Source: Chloroflexota bacterium (lineage in GTDB: Bacteria > Chloroflexota > Anaerolineae > JAAYEA01). From it: a stretch of DNA of 64,000 nt. Every line of letters starts with the position of its first letter. The stretch's first letter is position 1. The translations under genes were made by a program, and so were the position numbers. Shown piece after piece: positions 1-10,000 of the stretch. A model generated the notes under the pieces. That model made no database searches and had not been told where the DNA came from. It worked only from the letters and a program-made list of their open reading frames with translations. Location: contig JAIOAV010000007.1 in NCBI GenBank assembly GCA_019873665.1, forward strand, positions 9,840-73,839, written 5' to 3'.

Positions 1-2
1 CG

Positions 3-701
3 TTGCGTCACGTAACGCTTGATATCCCTGCCAATGCTATCACGGTCTTTTTGGGGCCGGCGAGCAGCGGCAAGACGACTCTGTTGCGCTTGATCAACCG
101 ACTGAATGATATGGTAGAAGGGACGCGGATGTCAGGCCAGATCCTGTTGGACGGGCACGACATCTATGCCCCGGGCGTCAATGTGCCGCAGCTACGTCGC
201 CGTGTGGGGATGGTGTTCGCGCTGCCGCTGCCATTGCCGGGCACGATCCGCGCGAACGTGACATACGGCCCACGCCTTGCGGGTGTCTCCGATCCCGCGA
301 GGTTGGATGAGATCACAGAGCGCAGCCTGACGCTGGCCGCATTGTGGGATGAGGTCAAGGATCGGTTGGATAGCCCGGCCAGCGCGCTTTCCGGCGGGCA
401 ACAGCAGCGGCTCTGCATCGCGCGGAGCCTGGCGCTAGAGCCGGAGGTGTTGCTGCTAGACGAGCCCACTTCTGGGCTAGACCCGATCTCGACAGGCAAG
501 GTGGAGGAGGCCCTCTTTCAGCTCAAGGAGCGATACACGATCGTCATCGTGCCGCATAGCATCCAGCAGGGCGCGCGTGTGGCGGATTATGCTGCGTTCC
601 TTCTCATGGGCGAATTGATCGAGTATGGCAAGGGGCATGACCTCTTTGTCGTGCCACGCGACAAACGCACGTCGGACTATATCACAGGCAGATTCGGTTA
701 G
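3..701 (+). CDS. pstB: Phosphate ABC transporter ATP-binding protein, PstB-like; divergent first copy of a tandem pair, 5' end cut by the window edge
   Basis: Walker A GPASSGKT, signature LSGGQQQR, Walker [12 protein letters not shown], PstB-type C-terminus DYITGRFG. Only ~17 aa precede Walker A versus ~40 in the next copy, so the true start lies upstream of the window. Confidence 0.8.
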   Translation: MRHVTLDIPANAITVFLGPASSGKTTLLRLINRLNDMVEGTRMSGQILLDGHDIYAPGVNVPQLRRRVGMVFALPLPLPGTIRANVTYGPRLAGVSDPARLDEITERSLTLAALWDEVKDRLDSPASALSGGQQQRLCIARSLALEPEVLLLDEPTSGLDPISTGKVEEALFQLKERYTIVIVPHSIQQGARVADYAAFLLMGELIEYGKGHDLFVVPRDKRTSDYITGRFG

Positions 702-712
702 GAAGCGGACCG

Positions 713-1474
713 ATGGATCACGTCGACAAGATACGCGCCGAGCATCTCAGCGTGTACTATGGCAAGAAACCGGCGCTAAAGGACGTTTCCCTTGGCATTC
801 GAGATCGCGAGATCACAGCGTTGATCGGGCCCTCCGGGTGTGGCAAGTCCACCTTTCTGCGCTGCCTGAATCGCATGAATGATACGGTGTCATCGGCGCG
901 GATCGAGGGGCAGGTGCTTTTGGATGGCAAGAACATCTATGCGCCTGGCAGCGACGTGGTGGAGCTGCGCCGCCGAGTGGGGATGGTGTTTCAGCGGCCG
1001 AATCCCTTTCCACAGTCTATCTTTGACAATGTGGCGTTTGGCCCGCGCGTTCTCAGATTGGACAAAGGTGGCAACCTGGGTGAGATCGTGGAGCAGAGCC
1101 TGCGCGGCGCCGCGCTCTGGGACGAGGTGAAGGATAACCTCAAGCAAGATGCGCTGAGCTTGTCGTTGGGGCAGCAGCAACGGCTCTGCATCGCCCGCGT
1201 CCTTGCCGTCAAACCGGAAGTGATGCTGATGGATGAGCCGTGCTCAGCGCTGGATCCGATTGCCACGCTGGAGATCGAGGAGCTGATGCGCCGGCTCAAG
1301 GCGGACTATACCATCGTCATCGTAACGCACAATATGCAGCAGGCAGCCCGTGTGTCCGATTGGACCGGTTTCTTCTGGTTAGGCGAGCTGGTTGAGTTCG
1401 GCGCCACGCGCGAGCTGTTCACAAATCCGCGCCAGCAGTTGACGCAGGATTACATCCAGGGCCGTGCAGGATAA
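713..1474 (+). CDS. pstB: Phosphate ABC transporter ATP-binding protein PstB (canonical copy)
   Basis: 253-aa ORF with [36 protein letters not shown] and C-terminal QDYIQGRAG. Starts 11 nt after the previous pstB-like gene. Confidence 0.9.
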   Translation: MDHVDKIRAEHLSVYYGKKPALKDVSLGIRDREITALIGPSGCGKSTFLRCLNRMNDTVSSARIEGQVLLDGKNIYAPGSDVVELRRRVGMVFQRPNPFPQSIFDNVAFGPRVLRLDKGGNLGEIVEQSLRGAALWDEVKDNLKQDALSLSLGQQQRLCIARVLAVKPEVMLMDEPCSALDPIATLEIEELMRRLKADYTIVIVTHNMQQAARVSDWTGFFWLGELVEFGATRELFTNPRQQLTQDYIQGRAG

Positions 1475-1521
1475 TCGGGAGAGCCGGTTTCTGGTACATT
1501 GGAGCGGAGGAGGGTATAAGG

Positions 1522-2325
1522 ATGGCAGAGCTACCGACCACGGTCCTCGGACGCACTGGACTTACCGTCACGCGGCTGGGCATTGGCGGCGCGTATGCCA
1601 AATCCGCGGATGACTATCGCGCCGCGCTGGATACTGGCGTAACCTACCTGGACACGGCGCGAAGCTATGCTGATGGCGAGGATGAGCGGCGGATTGGCGA
1701 GGCGCTCGTTGGCTGCCGCGATCGGATCACGCTGGCTACCAAGACGGCCCAGCGGGATGCAGCGGGTGCGCGGGCAGATCTGGAGACATCGCTGCACCTG
1801 CTGCGCACCGACCACATAGACATCTGGCAGCTTCACTATCTGAATACAGAGGCGGACCGCATGCAAGCGCTGGGGCCGGGAGGCGCGCTGGAGGCAGCGC
1901 TCAAGGCGCGGGACGAGGGACTGGTGCGCTTTATCGGCGTGACGGGACATGATTGGGCCCAAGTGGCGCTTGCGGTTCAGACCGGCGCGTTCGACACGGT
2001 GCTCTGCTGGTACAACTGCGCTATGCCCGAGCCGGAGACGCTCCTCTTTCCATACACGATAGCGCAGCGCATGGGCGTCGTGATCATGCAGACCACCCGC
2101 GTGGACAAACTGCTCAGCCCGGACGACAACCCGCCGCCGGAGGCATTCTATCGCTACGTATTGAGTCATCCCGCCGTGAGCGTGGCGCTGATGGGCCTGC
2201 GCGATCTCGACCGCTTCCGGCGCGTCGCCGCCGCGCTGGCCGAACGCGCGACGATGATGCCGAGCGAGAAGGAGTGGCTGGAGGCGTATGGCCGTGAGCT
2301 GCGCGCTGCGGGCAAGCTGGACTGA
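1522..2325 (+). CDS. Aldo/keto reductase family oxidoreductase
   Basis: 267-aa ORF with AKR-like N-terminus LGRTGLTVTRLGIGG, YLDTARSYADGEDE and IDIWQLH. RBS GGAGGAGGG lies upstream. Confidence 0.75.
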   Translation: MAELPTTVLGRTGLTVTRLGIGGAYAKSADDYRAALDTGVTYLDTARSYADGEDERRIGEALVGCRDRITLATKTAQRDAAGARADLETSLHLLRTDHIDIWQLHYLNTEADRMQALGPGGALEAALKARDEGLVRFIGVTGHDWAQVALAVQTGAFDTVLCWYNCAMPEPETLLFPYTIAQRMGVVIMQTTRVDKLLSPDDNPPPEAFYRYVLSHPAVSVALMGLRDLDRFRRVAAALAERATMMPSEKEWLEAYGRELRAAGKLD

Positions 2326-2440
2326 TGCGACATGATTTCGGAGACGGCATGACCGTCGCGAACAGGGCACAGCCGGTGGAGCGTACATAGGCTAGGGTGA
2401 GCGACAGGCGGCAGGCAAGTTGTAGTAGCGTGGGGGTGAT

Positions 2441-2851
2441 ATGGAGCACGTAACGGGACAGGTGAAGCGGGTCCACATCTGGCGCTTTGACATGGGGCGC
2501 GACCTACTGGGAGAGTTGAGCGCCGCTGTGCAAAGCGCGGGGATCCATTACGGCGTGATCGTCGCCGGCATCGGCTCGCTGGTTACATACCATGTGCATG
2601 TCGTGGGGGAAAAGAAACGCCCGGTACCCAACCTCTATATGCAGGGAGCGGGCGGTTACGATCTGTTAGCGATGCAGGGTTATATCATCGCCGGGCGCGT
2701 CCACGCGCATATCACCATCGCCAGTGAGGCCGATACCATAGGCGGCCACCTGGAGCCGGGATGCGAGATCTACACTTTTGCCATCGTTACCCTTGCCGAG
2801 TTGGAGGGCGTAACGCTGGATGGCTTTGATGGCGTGCGCTGGCCGGACTAG
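2441..2851 (+). CDS. PPC/DUF296-like small protein (uncertain)
   Basis: 136-aa ORF whose pattern (GIGSL..., YDLLAMQGYI..GRVHAHITI, GGHLEPG) resembles PPC (DUF296) domain proteins. RBS GGGGGTGAT precedes the ATG. Confidence 0.45.
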   Translation: MEHVTGQVKRVHIWRFDMGRDLLGELSAAVQSAGIHYGVIVAGIGSLVTYHVHVVGEKKRPVPNLYMQGAGGYDLLAMQGYIIAGRVHAHITIASEADTIGGHLEPGCEIYTFAIVTLAELEGVTLDGFDGVRWPD

Positions 2852-4173
2852 GGCGTGATAATGATCGGGCCGTAGAGGCCAAAGTTCAGCCTCAGCAGCG
2901 AAAAGTCCACGATGTCCACGATCCCGCTGCCGTCGAAGTCGCCGCGCGGGTCCGCGCTGCCAAAGAGCGTGCGAAAGAGCGAAAAGTCGAGGATGTCCAC
3001 CAGATCGTCTTCGTTGCCATCCCCCGTGCGCAGCACCCCCATGGACACCAAGTTCGCGTCTGGGCCGATGATCAGGTTCTCTCGTAAGTTGCTCAGCGTG
3101 TATGGCCCCTGCACCATCAGGTGGTATGTCCCCATCGAGAGGTTTTCCAGTCGTACTGCGCCATACGTGTCCGTCATCTCGGTCGCATCCAGCAGCGTGA
3201 TCTCGTCATTCCAGAGGCGAATGCGTAGCGGGATGCGCCAGGTCGGATCGGGCGCAGGCGGCCGCCCCTGCAGGCTGACGGTGAGATGCAGAAAGTTGAC
3301 AGGGGTGGCGGTCGGCGTGGGCGTCACCACCAGTGGCGCTAGCGTCAGGTTCACCGATTGCCCGGCATAAACCGAGAGTGCGCCGACGCTCGCCTGATCG
3401 TCAGCATGGCCGACAGCAGAAGCAGTGATATGACAGGTGTCGGTATCATAGAGCCCAAAACCGGTCGGCAAGCTGTAAGCGCCATCTGGTTGCGCGGTGA
3501 CTACCGGTAGCGCGCCGCCACCGCCGCGCATGCTCTGCACATAGCCGCTGACCACGGCGCCCGGCAGCGGGTGATCCGTGATCCCCTCGCGCACATAACC
3601 TGTTACCGTGAGCGGTCCCAGCCAGCCGGTGGGCACGGGCGTGGGGGTATGCGTGGCCGTGGGGCTCGGCGTGCAGGTGGGCAGCGTGATCACCCACACC
3701 GTGGTGACGAGCGTGTTGTTGGTCTCATCACTTTCAGCGACGGTATCTTCCACATCCACAGTGGCCGTATAAACGCTGGCACCCGGCATGGCCGCAGGAC
3801 AGAAGAAGAAACGATCCGCGCCCGGATCCAGCGTCATCGTATGCCATGGGGAGCAGCTCGTGAAGCCGCCGCTCAGGGTGGTGAGGAACTCGTCGGCAGG
3901 TGCAGTCCCCTGGTTATGGATGGTAACGATCAGCCCGGCGCTGGTGGTGGGGCAGCCGATGAGCCCCTGTGCCGAGATGATGGAGGTGACAACGAGATCG
4001 GGCGCGCCGTTGGCCAGTGCACCTGAGGCGTGCGCCGTTGGCTGATAGCGCCATACTCCCGCGATGAGCGCGAGGAGAAGGCATGCCGCCACCCACCCCC
4101 AGAGCCTCTGCGACGCCTGGCTGCCGGAAGATATGCTTGGCCGTGTGCCAGTCACTTGCGATACACTTGGCAT
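2848..4173 (-). CDS. Secreted or membrane-anchored protein: CARDB-like domain, Pro/Thr linkers, carboxypeptidase-regulatory-like domain, C-terminal dockerin-like EF-hand pair
   Basis: Start moved to MPSVSQ (hydrophobic segment WGWVAACLLLALIAGVW follows). CARDB-like PDLVVTSI...IHNQGTAPA...ESDETNNT; PT linkers TPSPTATHTPTPVPT and TPTPTATP; C-terminal GDGNEDDLVDILDFSLF / GDFDGSGIVDIVDFSLL. Confidence 0.65.
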   Translation of the reverse strand: MPSVSQVTGTRPSISSGSQASQRLWGWVAACLLLALIAGVWRYQPTAHASGALANGAPDLVVTSIISAQGLIGCPTTSAGLIVTIHNQGTAPADEFLTTLSGGFTSCSPWHTMTLDPGADRFFFCPAAMPGASVYTATVDVEDTVAESDETNNTLVTTVWVITLPTCTPSPTATHTPTPVPTGWLGPLTVTGYVREGITDHPLPGAVVSGYVQSMRGGGGALPVVTAQPDGAYSLPTGFGLYDTDTCHITASAVGHADDQASVGALSVYAGQSVNLTLAPLVVTPTPTATPVNFLHLTVSLQGRPPAPDPTWRIPLRIRLWNDEITLLDATEMTDTYGAVRLENLSMGTYHLMVQGPYTLSNLRENLIIGPDANLVSMGVLRTGDGNEDDLVDILDFSLFRTLFGSADPRGDFDGSGIVDIVDFSLLRLNFGLYGPIIITP

Positions 4174-4287
4174 CGTCGTCCCCTCCCCTCGTTGCGGCTG
4201 ATCCCTCGAGCCGCTACTGGAACATCCCTCCCCCAGGCCGATTATAACGTCAATGGCTGCGCCAGCCAACCGCCCGCGTGGCGTTGG

Positions 4288-5109
4288 CTAGATCAGCTTG
4301 GCGAGGAATTCCTTCCCCCTTTTGATGTCGGCGATCTGTTGCGGGCCGCTGATCTCCCGCTCGATGGTCAGCGCGCCCTCAAAGCCGAGCGACTTGAGCT
4401 TGGCAATCAGCGCGGGGAAGTTGACGCGCCCTTCGCCCAGCGGTTTTTCCTGCCCCAGGCTGCGGCCGTCGGTGGGGTACTCGCCATCCTTGGCGTGTAC
4501 CCCGCGCACATATTGCCCAAAGATGTCCAGCGCGTCCACCGGATTGGCTTTGCCATAAAGGAGCAGGTTCGCCGGGTCGAGATTGATTCCCACATTGTCC
4601 ATGCCGATATCCTGTATGGTGCGCAGCAGCGTGATGGGTGTCTCCTGGCCAGTCTCGAACCAGAACTCTAGGCCGCGCTCCTGGCAGTAGGCGACCAGCT
4701 CGCGCAAGGCGGAGAGGGTGCCAAGATAGGCGGGGTCGGTGGGGCTTTCCGGGATAAAGCCCACATGGGTGGTGATGCTGGGAATGCCCGCGCGCTTGGC
4801 GACATCTGCACCCTTCTTCAGCACGGATAGCCGATACGCCCGTGTCCACTCGGGCACCAGGCCGATGGTGATCGGCCCGTCGTAAAAGTTCCAGACGGTG
4901 CGACCGGGCGTGCCGGTCCAGAGGGTCGTGATCTCGATGTTGTAGGCGGCGGCAGCCTGTGCCAGTCGGTCCGCCATCTGCTCTGTCATCAACTCTTCGC
5001 GCCAGCAGGTAACCTGGCAGGTGGGAAAGCCGAGATCGTGTGGCTTCTTCAGCGCCTCCATTGGGTCTGCTGTGAGCCCGACCACCACACCAAGCTTGAT
5101 AGGCGACAT
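4288..5109 (-). CDS. Sugar phosphate isomerase/epimerase family protein (xylose-isomerase-like TIM barrel)
   Basis: 273-aa ORF with THVGFIPE, FWFETGQE, GINLDPANL, HAKDG and TIEREI patterns typical of this family. RBS GGAGGGAG upstream. Confidence 0.8.
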   Translation of the reverse strand: MSPIKLGVVVGLTADPMEALKKPHDLGFPTCQVTCWREELMTEQMADRLAQAAAAYNIEITTLWTGTPGRTVWNFYDGPITIGLVPEWTRAYRLSVLKKGADVAKRAGIPSITTHVGFIPESPTDPAYLGTLSALRELVAYCQERGLEFWFETGQETPITLLRTIQDIGMDNVGINLDPANLLLYGKANPVDALDIFGQYVRGVHAKDGEYPTDGRSLGQEKPLGEGRVNFPALIAKLKSLGFEGALTIEREISGPQQIADIKRGKEFLAKLI

Positions 5110-5130
5110 GTTCTCTCCCTCCTGTGCGGG

Positions 5131-6153
5131 TTACGCCACCGATACCGGCGCCAGACGGCGCACCGATTCCTGCTCCTTGAAGACGAGCGCCAGCGAATCG
5201 CGTGCAGACCGCGGCAGGCACCGTTCCGGCGATGTGCCGGTGGCGACGCAATTGAGGAAATAGCGCAGCTCGTTCGTGTAAGCGTCGCCGGAGGCGACCT
5301 CCGGATGCGTTGCCTCCTGAGCGTCGTTGAGGTAAAGGGTAAGCGTGGGCGTCTCCCATCCCTTGTATTGCAGGAAGCCGCCCTCGAACCAGGCATCGTA
5401 GCTGGCCTGGAAACCGAGTCCGGCACGCATCCAACCGCCCTCGATGGTCACCCGCGGCACGTGGCGATAGCGGTACGCGGCCATGACGAAATTTAGGCCC
5501 GTGGCGCCGCCTGCCTCGCCTCCCTGGGCGTCAATCACGGCGGGCTTGCCCAGCATATAATGGACAAAGTCCACGTCGTGAATGTGCAAGTCCAACACCG
5601 CGCCGCCGCTGCGTGCTGCATCCAGCATCCAGCCATTCCACGACCAGAGCGGCCCCGTCCCCAGACGAGACATGCGCAGCGAGAGAAGCTTGCCCAGCGT
5701 CTTGTTATCCACTAGTTCTTTCAGGTAGACGAATTCGGGCCAAAAGCGGATGCAGTGGCCGATCATCAACAGGCGACCCGCCCGGTCGGCGGCCTCCAGC
5801 ATGGTGTCCGCCTCGGCCAGGGAGAGTGCCATCGGCTTTTCGCAAAAGACATGTTTGCCTGCCTGCAGTGCTGCCACACTGTAACGGCTGTGCAGGTAGG
5901 TGGGCAGACAAACATCCACCACATCTACGTCCGCCTGCGCGATCAGCTCTTCCGCCGTGGCAAATGCCTGGACGCCGCTCATGTCCAGCCTGTTCAGTCC
6001 CAAGTCAATGTTGCCCTGCACTTGCATCTCACCGCGTCGCCGCTCCGGCTCGACATCGGCGATCGCCGTCACCTTGGCGTCCGGTATCGTCGCGTAACGG
6101 CCAAAATGGCCACGTCCCATAAACCCCATGCCCAAAATGCCGATCTTGATCAT
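5131..6153 (-). CDS. Gfo/Idh/MocA family NAD(P)-dependent oxidoreductase
   Basis: Rossmann N-terminus MIKIGILGMGFMGRGH, then EKPMA. Start set at the second ATG (AAGGAG lies inside the first 7 codons of the longer ORF, which would start at 6174). Confidence 0.85.
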   Translation of the reverse strand: MIKIGILGMGFMGRGHFGRYATIPDAKVTAIADVEPERRRGEMQVQGNIDLGLNRLDMSGVQAFATAEELIAQADVDVVDVCLPTYLHSRYSVAALQAGKHVFCEKPMALSLAEADTMLEAADRAGRLLMIGHCIRFWPEFVYLKELVDNKTLGKLLSLRMSRLGTGPLWSWNGWMLDAARSGGAVLDLHIHDVDFVHYMLGKPAVIDAQGGEAGGATGLNFVMAAYRYRHVPRVTIEGGWMRAGLGFQASYDAWFEGGFLQYKGWETPTLTLYLNDAQEATHPEVASGDAYTNELRYFLNCVATGTSPERCLPRSARDSLALVFKEQESVRRLAPVSVA

Positions 6154-6181
6154 TGCCTGTTTCTCCTTGCTCATTCGTTTT

Positions 6182-7015
6182 TCACATCTGGTAGATCAGA
6201 TCCATCGCCTCTTTGGCCCGCACGGGAACGGCCTGCGGCGCGATCTTGGTGGGAAAGACCTCGGCGATAGTGTAGCCGTCGTAGCCGATCCGGCGCAGCG
6301 CGGCCATCACCGCCGGATAGTCCACATCACCCTGCAACAGCTCCACAAAGCCGTCGAGCGTTCCCACGTTCACGCGGTAGTCCTTGAAATGGACGCAGGC
6401 GATGCGCGCGCCGAGCACCCCGATCCAGTGCTCTGGATAGCCGGTGCGCATCACGTTGCCGACGTCGAAATAGGCGCGGGCGCGGGGACTACCAATGCCA
6501 TCAATAAAGTCGCGCATCTCCCGCGGCGAGCCCAGGAACTTGTTCCAGACATTCTCGATGTCCATATTGACGCCGAGGTCTTCGGCGCGCGGCGCGGCCT
6601 CGCGCAGGATATCGGTGGCGCGCTGGTATGCAGCCTCATAGTCGGCCACGACGGGTGCACCGGCCTGGAATGGACCCATAAAGCCGGGGATGACGAGGAT
6701 GTCGGGCGCGCCCAGCGCGGCGGCCAGCTCGATCATCTTGTGCAGGTGCTTGGCCGCTGCTGCGCGTTCTGCCGTGTCATCCGACGCCATGTTGAACTGC
6801 CAAAAGATGCCGGATGCCAAGCTGGAGATGCCGATGCCGATATCGGTGGCCAGCGCTGCCAACGCCCTCATTTCGGCGACAGTGGCATCGGGGCCGATCT
6901 TCTCCGTGAGCGAGTAGGAAAGCTCGATACCGTCAAAGCCCGTCTTTTTGGCAGCGCGCAGGCATTCCTCCACCGGCGTGTTGCCATATGCCCAGATGTT
7001 GATGCCCTTCTTCAT
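6182..7015 (-). CDS. Sugar phosphate isomerase/epimerase family protein (xylose-isomerase-like TIM barrel)
   Basis: MKKGINIWAY start. Motifs GFDGIELS, ENVWN, YFDVGN and HFKDY are typical of the family. Confidence 0.8.
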   Translation of the reverse strand: MKKGINIWAYGNTPVEECLRAAKKTGFDGIELSYSLTEKIGPDATVAEMRALAALATDIGIGISSLASGIFWQFNMASDDTAERAAAAKHLHKMIELAAALGAPDILVIPGFMGPFQAGAPVVADYEAAYQRATDILREAAPRAEDLGVNMDIENVWNKFLGSPREMRDFIDGIGSPRARAYFDVGNVMRTGYPEHWIGVLGARIACVHFKDYRVNVGTLDGFVELLQGDVDYPAVMAALRRIGYDGYTIAEVFPTKIAPQAVPVRAKEAMDLIYQM

Positions 7016-7058
7016 GTGATTCACTCCTCTGTGTGATGTTCTCGCTGAGCTGCGCACA

Positions 7059-10000
7059 CTACTCAGCGGATTTCATGACCAGCGGCAGATGTAGTCGCCT
7101 TTCGGCGCCGCCGATTGCCAGTGGCGCGGAACGCATGAACGCAACGCCCACGCCGCCGCGAATGAGCGCCTCGTTCACGATCAAGCTCCCGGGCGCTGCA
7201 TTCTCTTCCACCTGCGCGGCAAAGCGGATGATCACCATGGATCGCTCCAGGGCGACTCCTTGCCAAGTGATGACGCCATCTTGTTCGCTCGCGATGCCGC
7301 TGCTGGCAAAGAGGGTATCCGGCACGTACACAAGGCCGGCAGGCAACACATCCGTCACGCGCGCCGACGTGGCCACGTCCGCCGCGTTGCGCACGAGGAT
7401 GGTGTAGGTAACCATCTCCCCTGGCAATGCGCTCGCCACGCTAGACTCCTTTGTCGAGGGCGACAGATCCGCCGAGCGCAAAGTGGTGCGTGCTGTGCGG
7501 CTCAGTGGCGCGGTGATCCCGTCGCTGATCCAGACGGTATTGGTGATGACGCTGCCATTCGCCGCCAGCGGATCGGTGCGCACGGCAAAGGCGATCGTCT
7601 GCTCTATACCGGGGCGAACGCTTCCTTGCCAGACGATGCGATGGCGCTCTGGCTCGTACACCGCGCCGGCAGTGGCGCTGTCCGCCACATAGGTTGCGCC
7701 CACGGGCAGTGGATCATGCACCACGACGCCCGGCGCGGTGCCGGTGCCGCGATTGCGCAGGGTGATGGTGTAACGCAGCGCCTCGCCCGCCGCGGCAACC
7801 TCATGATCCACACTCTTGCGGCTGGGCGATAGGTCCACTGTATTGGCCGTTACCGTGATGGCACGTGTGAAGGTGCTCTGCACGCCATCGCTGATGACGG
7901 CGCGATTGGTGATCTCATGCTGGAGCGGCGTATCCGCCGCAACGCGCACTTGGAAACTCACCTGATGCATGCCCAGTGTCGCGGGGCGCGGCGGCGTGAG
8001 GCGCACTGCGAGGTTGTCGTGAATGGCGTTGGCTGCGGGACTGCCGTCATATAGATATTGCAGCCCGTCGCTGCCGTCGGCGTTCTCGATGCCGACCGTA
8101 GCGCTGCTGCCACTGCCACTGGTGCCGGGCATCGTCAGGTATTGCAGCAGGATGTCTTCCTGTCCCTCGAACAGCACGATCTGAAAGGTCAGCAGGTCTT
8201 GCGAGCCGATCCGCCGTACCTGATGCCACTGGACGACAAGATAACGGTGCGGAGCCTCGCCCATCGTCCGGTAGTAGAGGCCGCCAGTCGTTGGGATGGT
8301 CAGGTCATCCCAGAAGGCAGCGATATAGTTGTTCGGCTCGCCGGGGTTCGGTATGCTGACGTTGCTGTAGCGATTGCTGCCCGCGCCAAAGAGCACCTGG
8401 CCGTTGCTGTTGATATAGAACTCGGCGTATTCCTGCCCGAAGAAGCGGAAGGAAAAGCCAATCGGGAAGGGTCCCAGCGCGACGTCATCGCCGCCGGGAA
8501 GCGACACGTCACCTGTGGCATCGCGCCAGGCGAAAGTCACCTGCCCGCTGTCGCTATCCACCCAGCTGGCAGGGATGGCGGGCTGTGTGCCGGGGATGCT
8601 CCCCTCCCAGATGATCTGGCGCTGTGCTGGATCGTATGCGGCGCCGCCGGTTACCGAATCGGTGATGTAAACGGTGCTCGTGGGCAACGCGTCCACAAGC
8701 CGCACATGCGGCGCAGGTTGAGAGCCCTGATTCTGCAACGTGATGGTATAGGTCAGCACATCGCCCGCTCCGGCACTGGTGGGTGAGACATCCTTGCGGG
8801 ACGGGCTGAGGTCCACTAGGTTGACAAGAGTGGTTACCGCGCGCGTGTAGGAGATGGCGCTCTGATAGCCGATGACGGCGCGGTTCACCAGCGCCGTATT
8901 CAGCGGCAGCCCATCGTCCACGGTAACCTGGAAGGAGATCACCTTCTCGCTGGGTTGCGGCACGGCGACAAAGCGGATCGCCAACTCGTCGGCCAGCAGC
9001 GGTTGCGCGCACGCATAGAGCGTGCCGGTGTGCTCGTCAGCCTGAATGCCGATCGTCGCCGATGATCCCTGATCGTACAGCGCGTTCCCGGTCATCACGT
9101 CACGGTACTGCAAGACGATATCGCGGCTCCCCTCGTGCAAGATCGCCTGAAAGCTGACTGGATCGCCGGTGGCGCTGGCGACGCCGTCCCACGAGACGAC
9201 CAGGCGACGCCGGGGCGCGTCCCCCAGGACCGCATAATAGACATGCCCCGCGGCAAAGGGATTCAGCTCGTCCCAAAAGACCGCGATGAGCGCAGGCACG
9301 CCGTAACTGTTGCCGCTGGGGAGACAGGTGTTATCGCGCCCCAGGTAGGTGTCGGCAAAGTGCAGCGTGCCGTTGGAGCCAACGGCGAGATGGCTGTATG
9401 TGGCATCATAGAACGACACCGCAAAGGGGAGTTCAAAATAGACATAATCGTCATCTGCCAGGCCCAGGTCTTGGCCAATATCCCGTATCTCGATCCAGTC
9501 AAAGACAACATCGGCACCTGTGCGGCTGTCTGCCCAGGTGTAGGTGGTCTGCGCCCACACCGCCGCGGAGATTGGGCCGGTCCAGGAGATGGCGTTATGC
9601 GCCGGATCGTATGTCGCGCCCCCCGTGACGCTGTCGGCGACATACGCTGTGTGTGCGGGCAACGGGTCCCACACCTGCACATCACCCGCGGGGACGGGCG
9701 CGCGGTTCACCACCGCGATCTCGTATGTCAGGATATCCCCGGACACTGCTGATGCTTTGTCTACCGTCTTGCGTGAAGATGAGAGATCAGCGGCTGCAAT
9801 GGTCGTCGTGGCATGGCGCTGCCAAGTCTCCCCGGCCGCGGCGATCTCCACCGTGTTGGTGATCATCTCACCGCTGCCCCAGGCCGCGCTGATCTGTGCC
9901 GCAAAGCCAAAGATCAGGTCGCTTTGCGGCGGGATATCCCCCCGCCACACGATCTGCTGGGTCACCGGATTGTAGGCTGCTCCCTCCGGCCCGGTGAACG

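Noticed and set aside
4379-5434. 351-aa minus-strand ORF in an alternative frame over two genes
   Set aside because: It overlaps the TIM-barrel and Gfo/Idh/MocA genes out of frame on the same strand. The translation is extremely Arg/Gly/Pro/His-rich.
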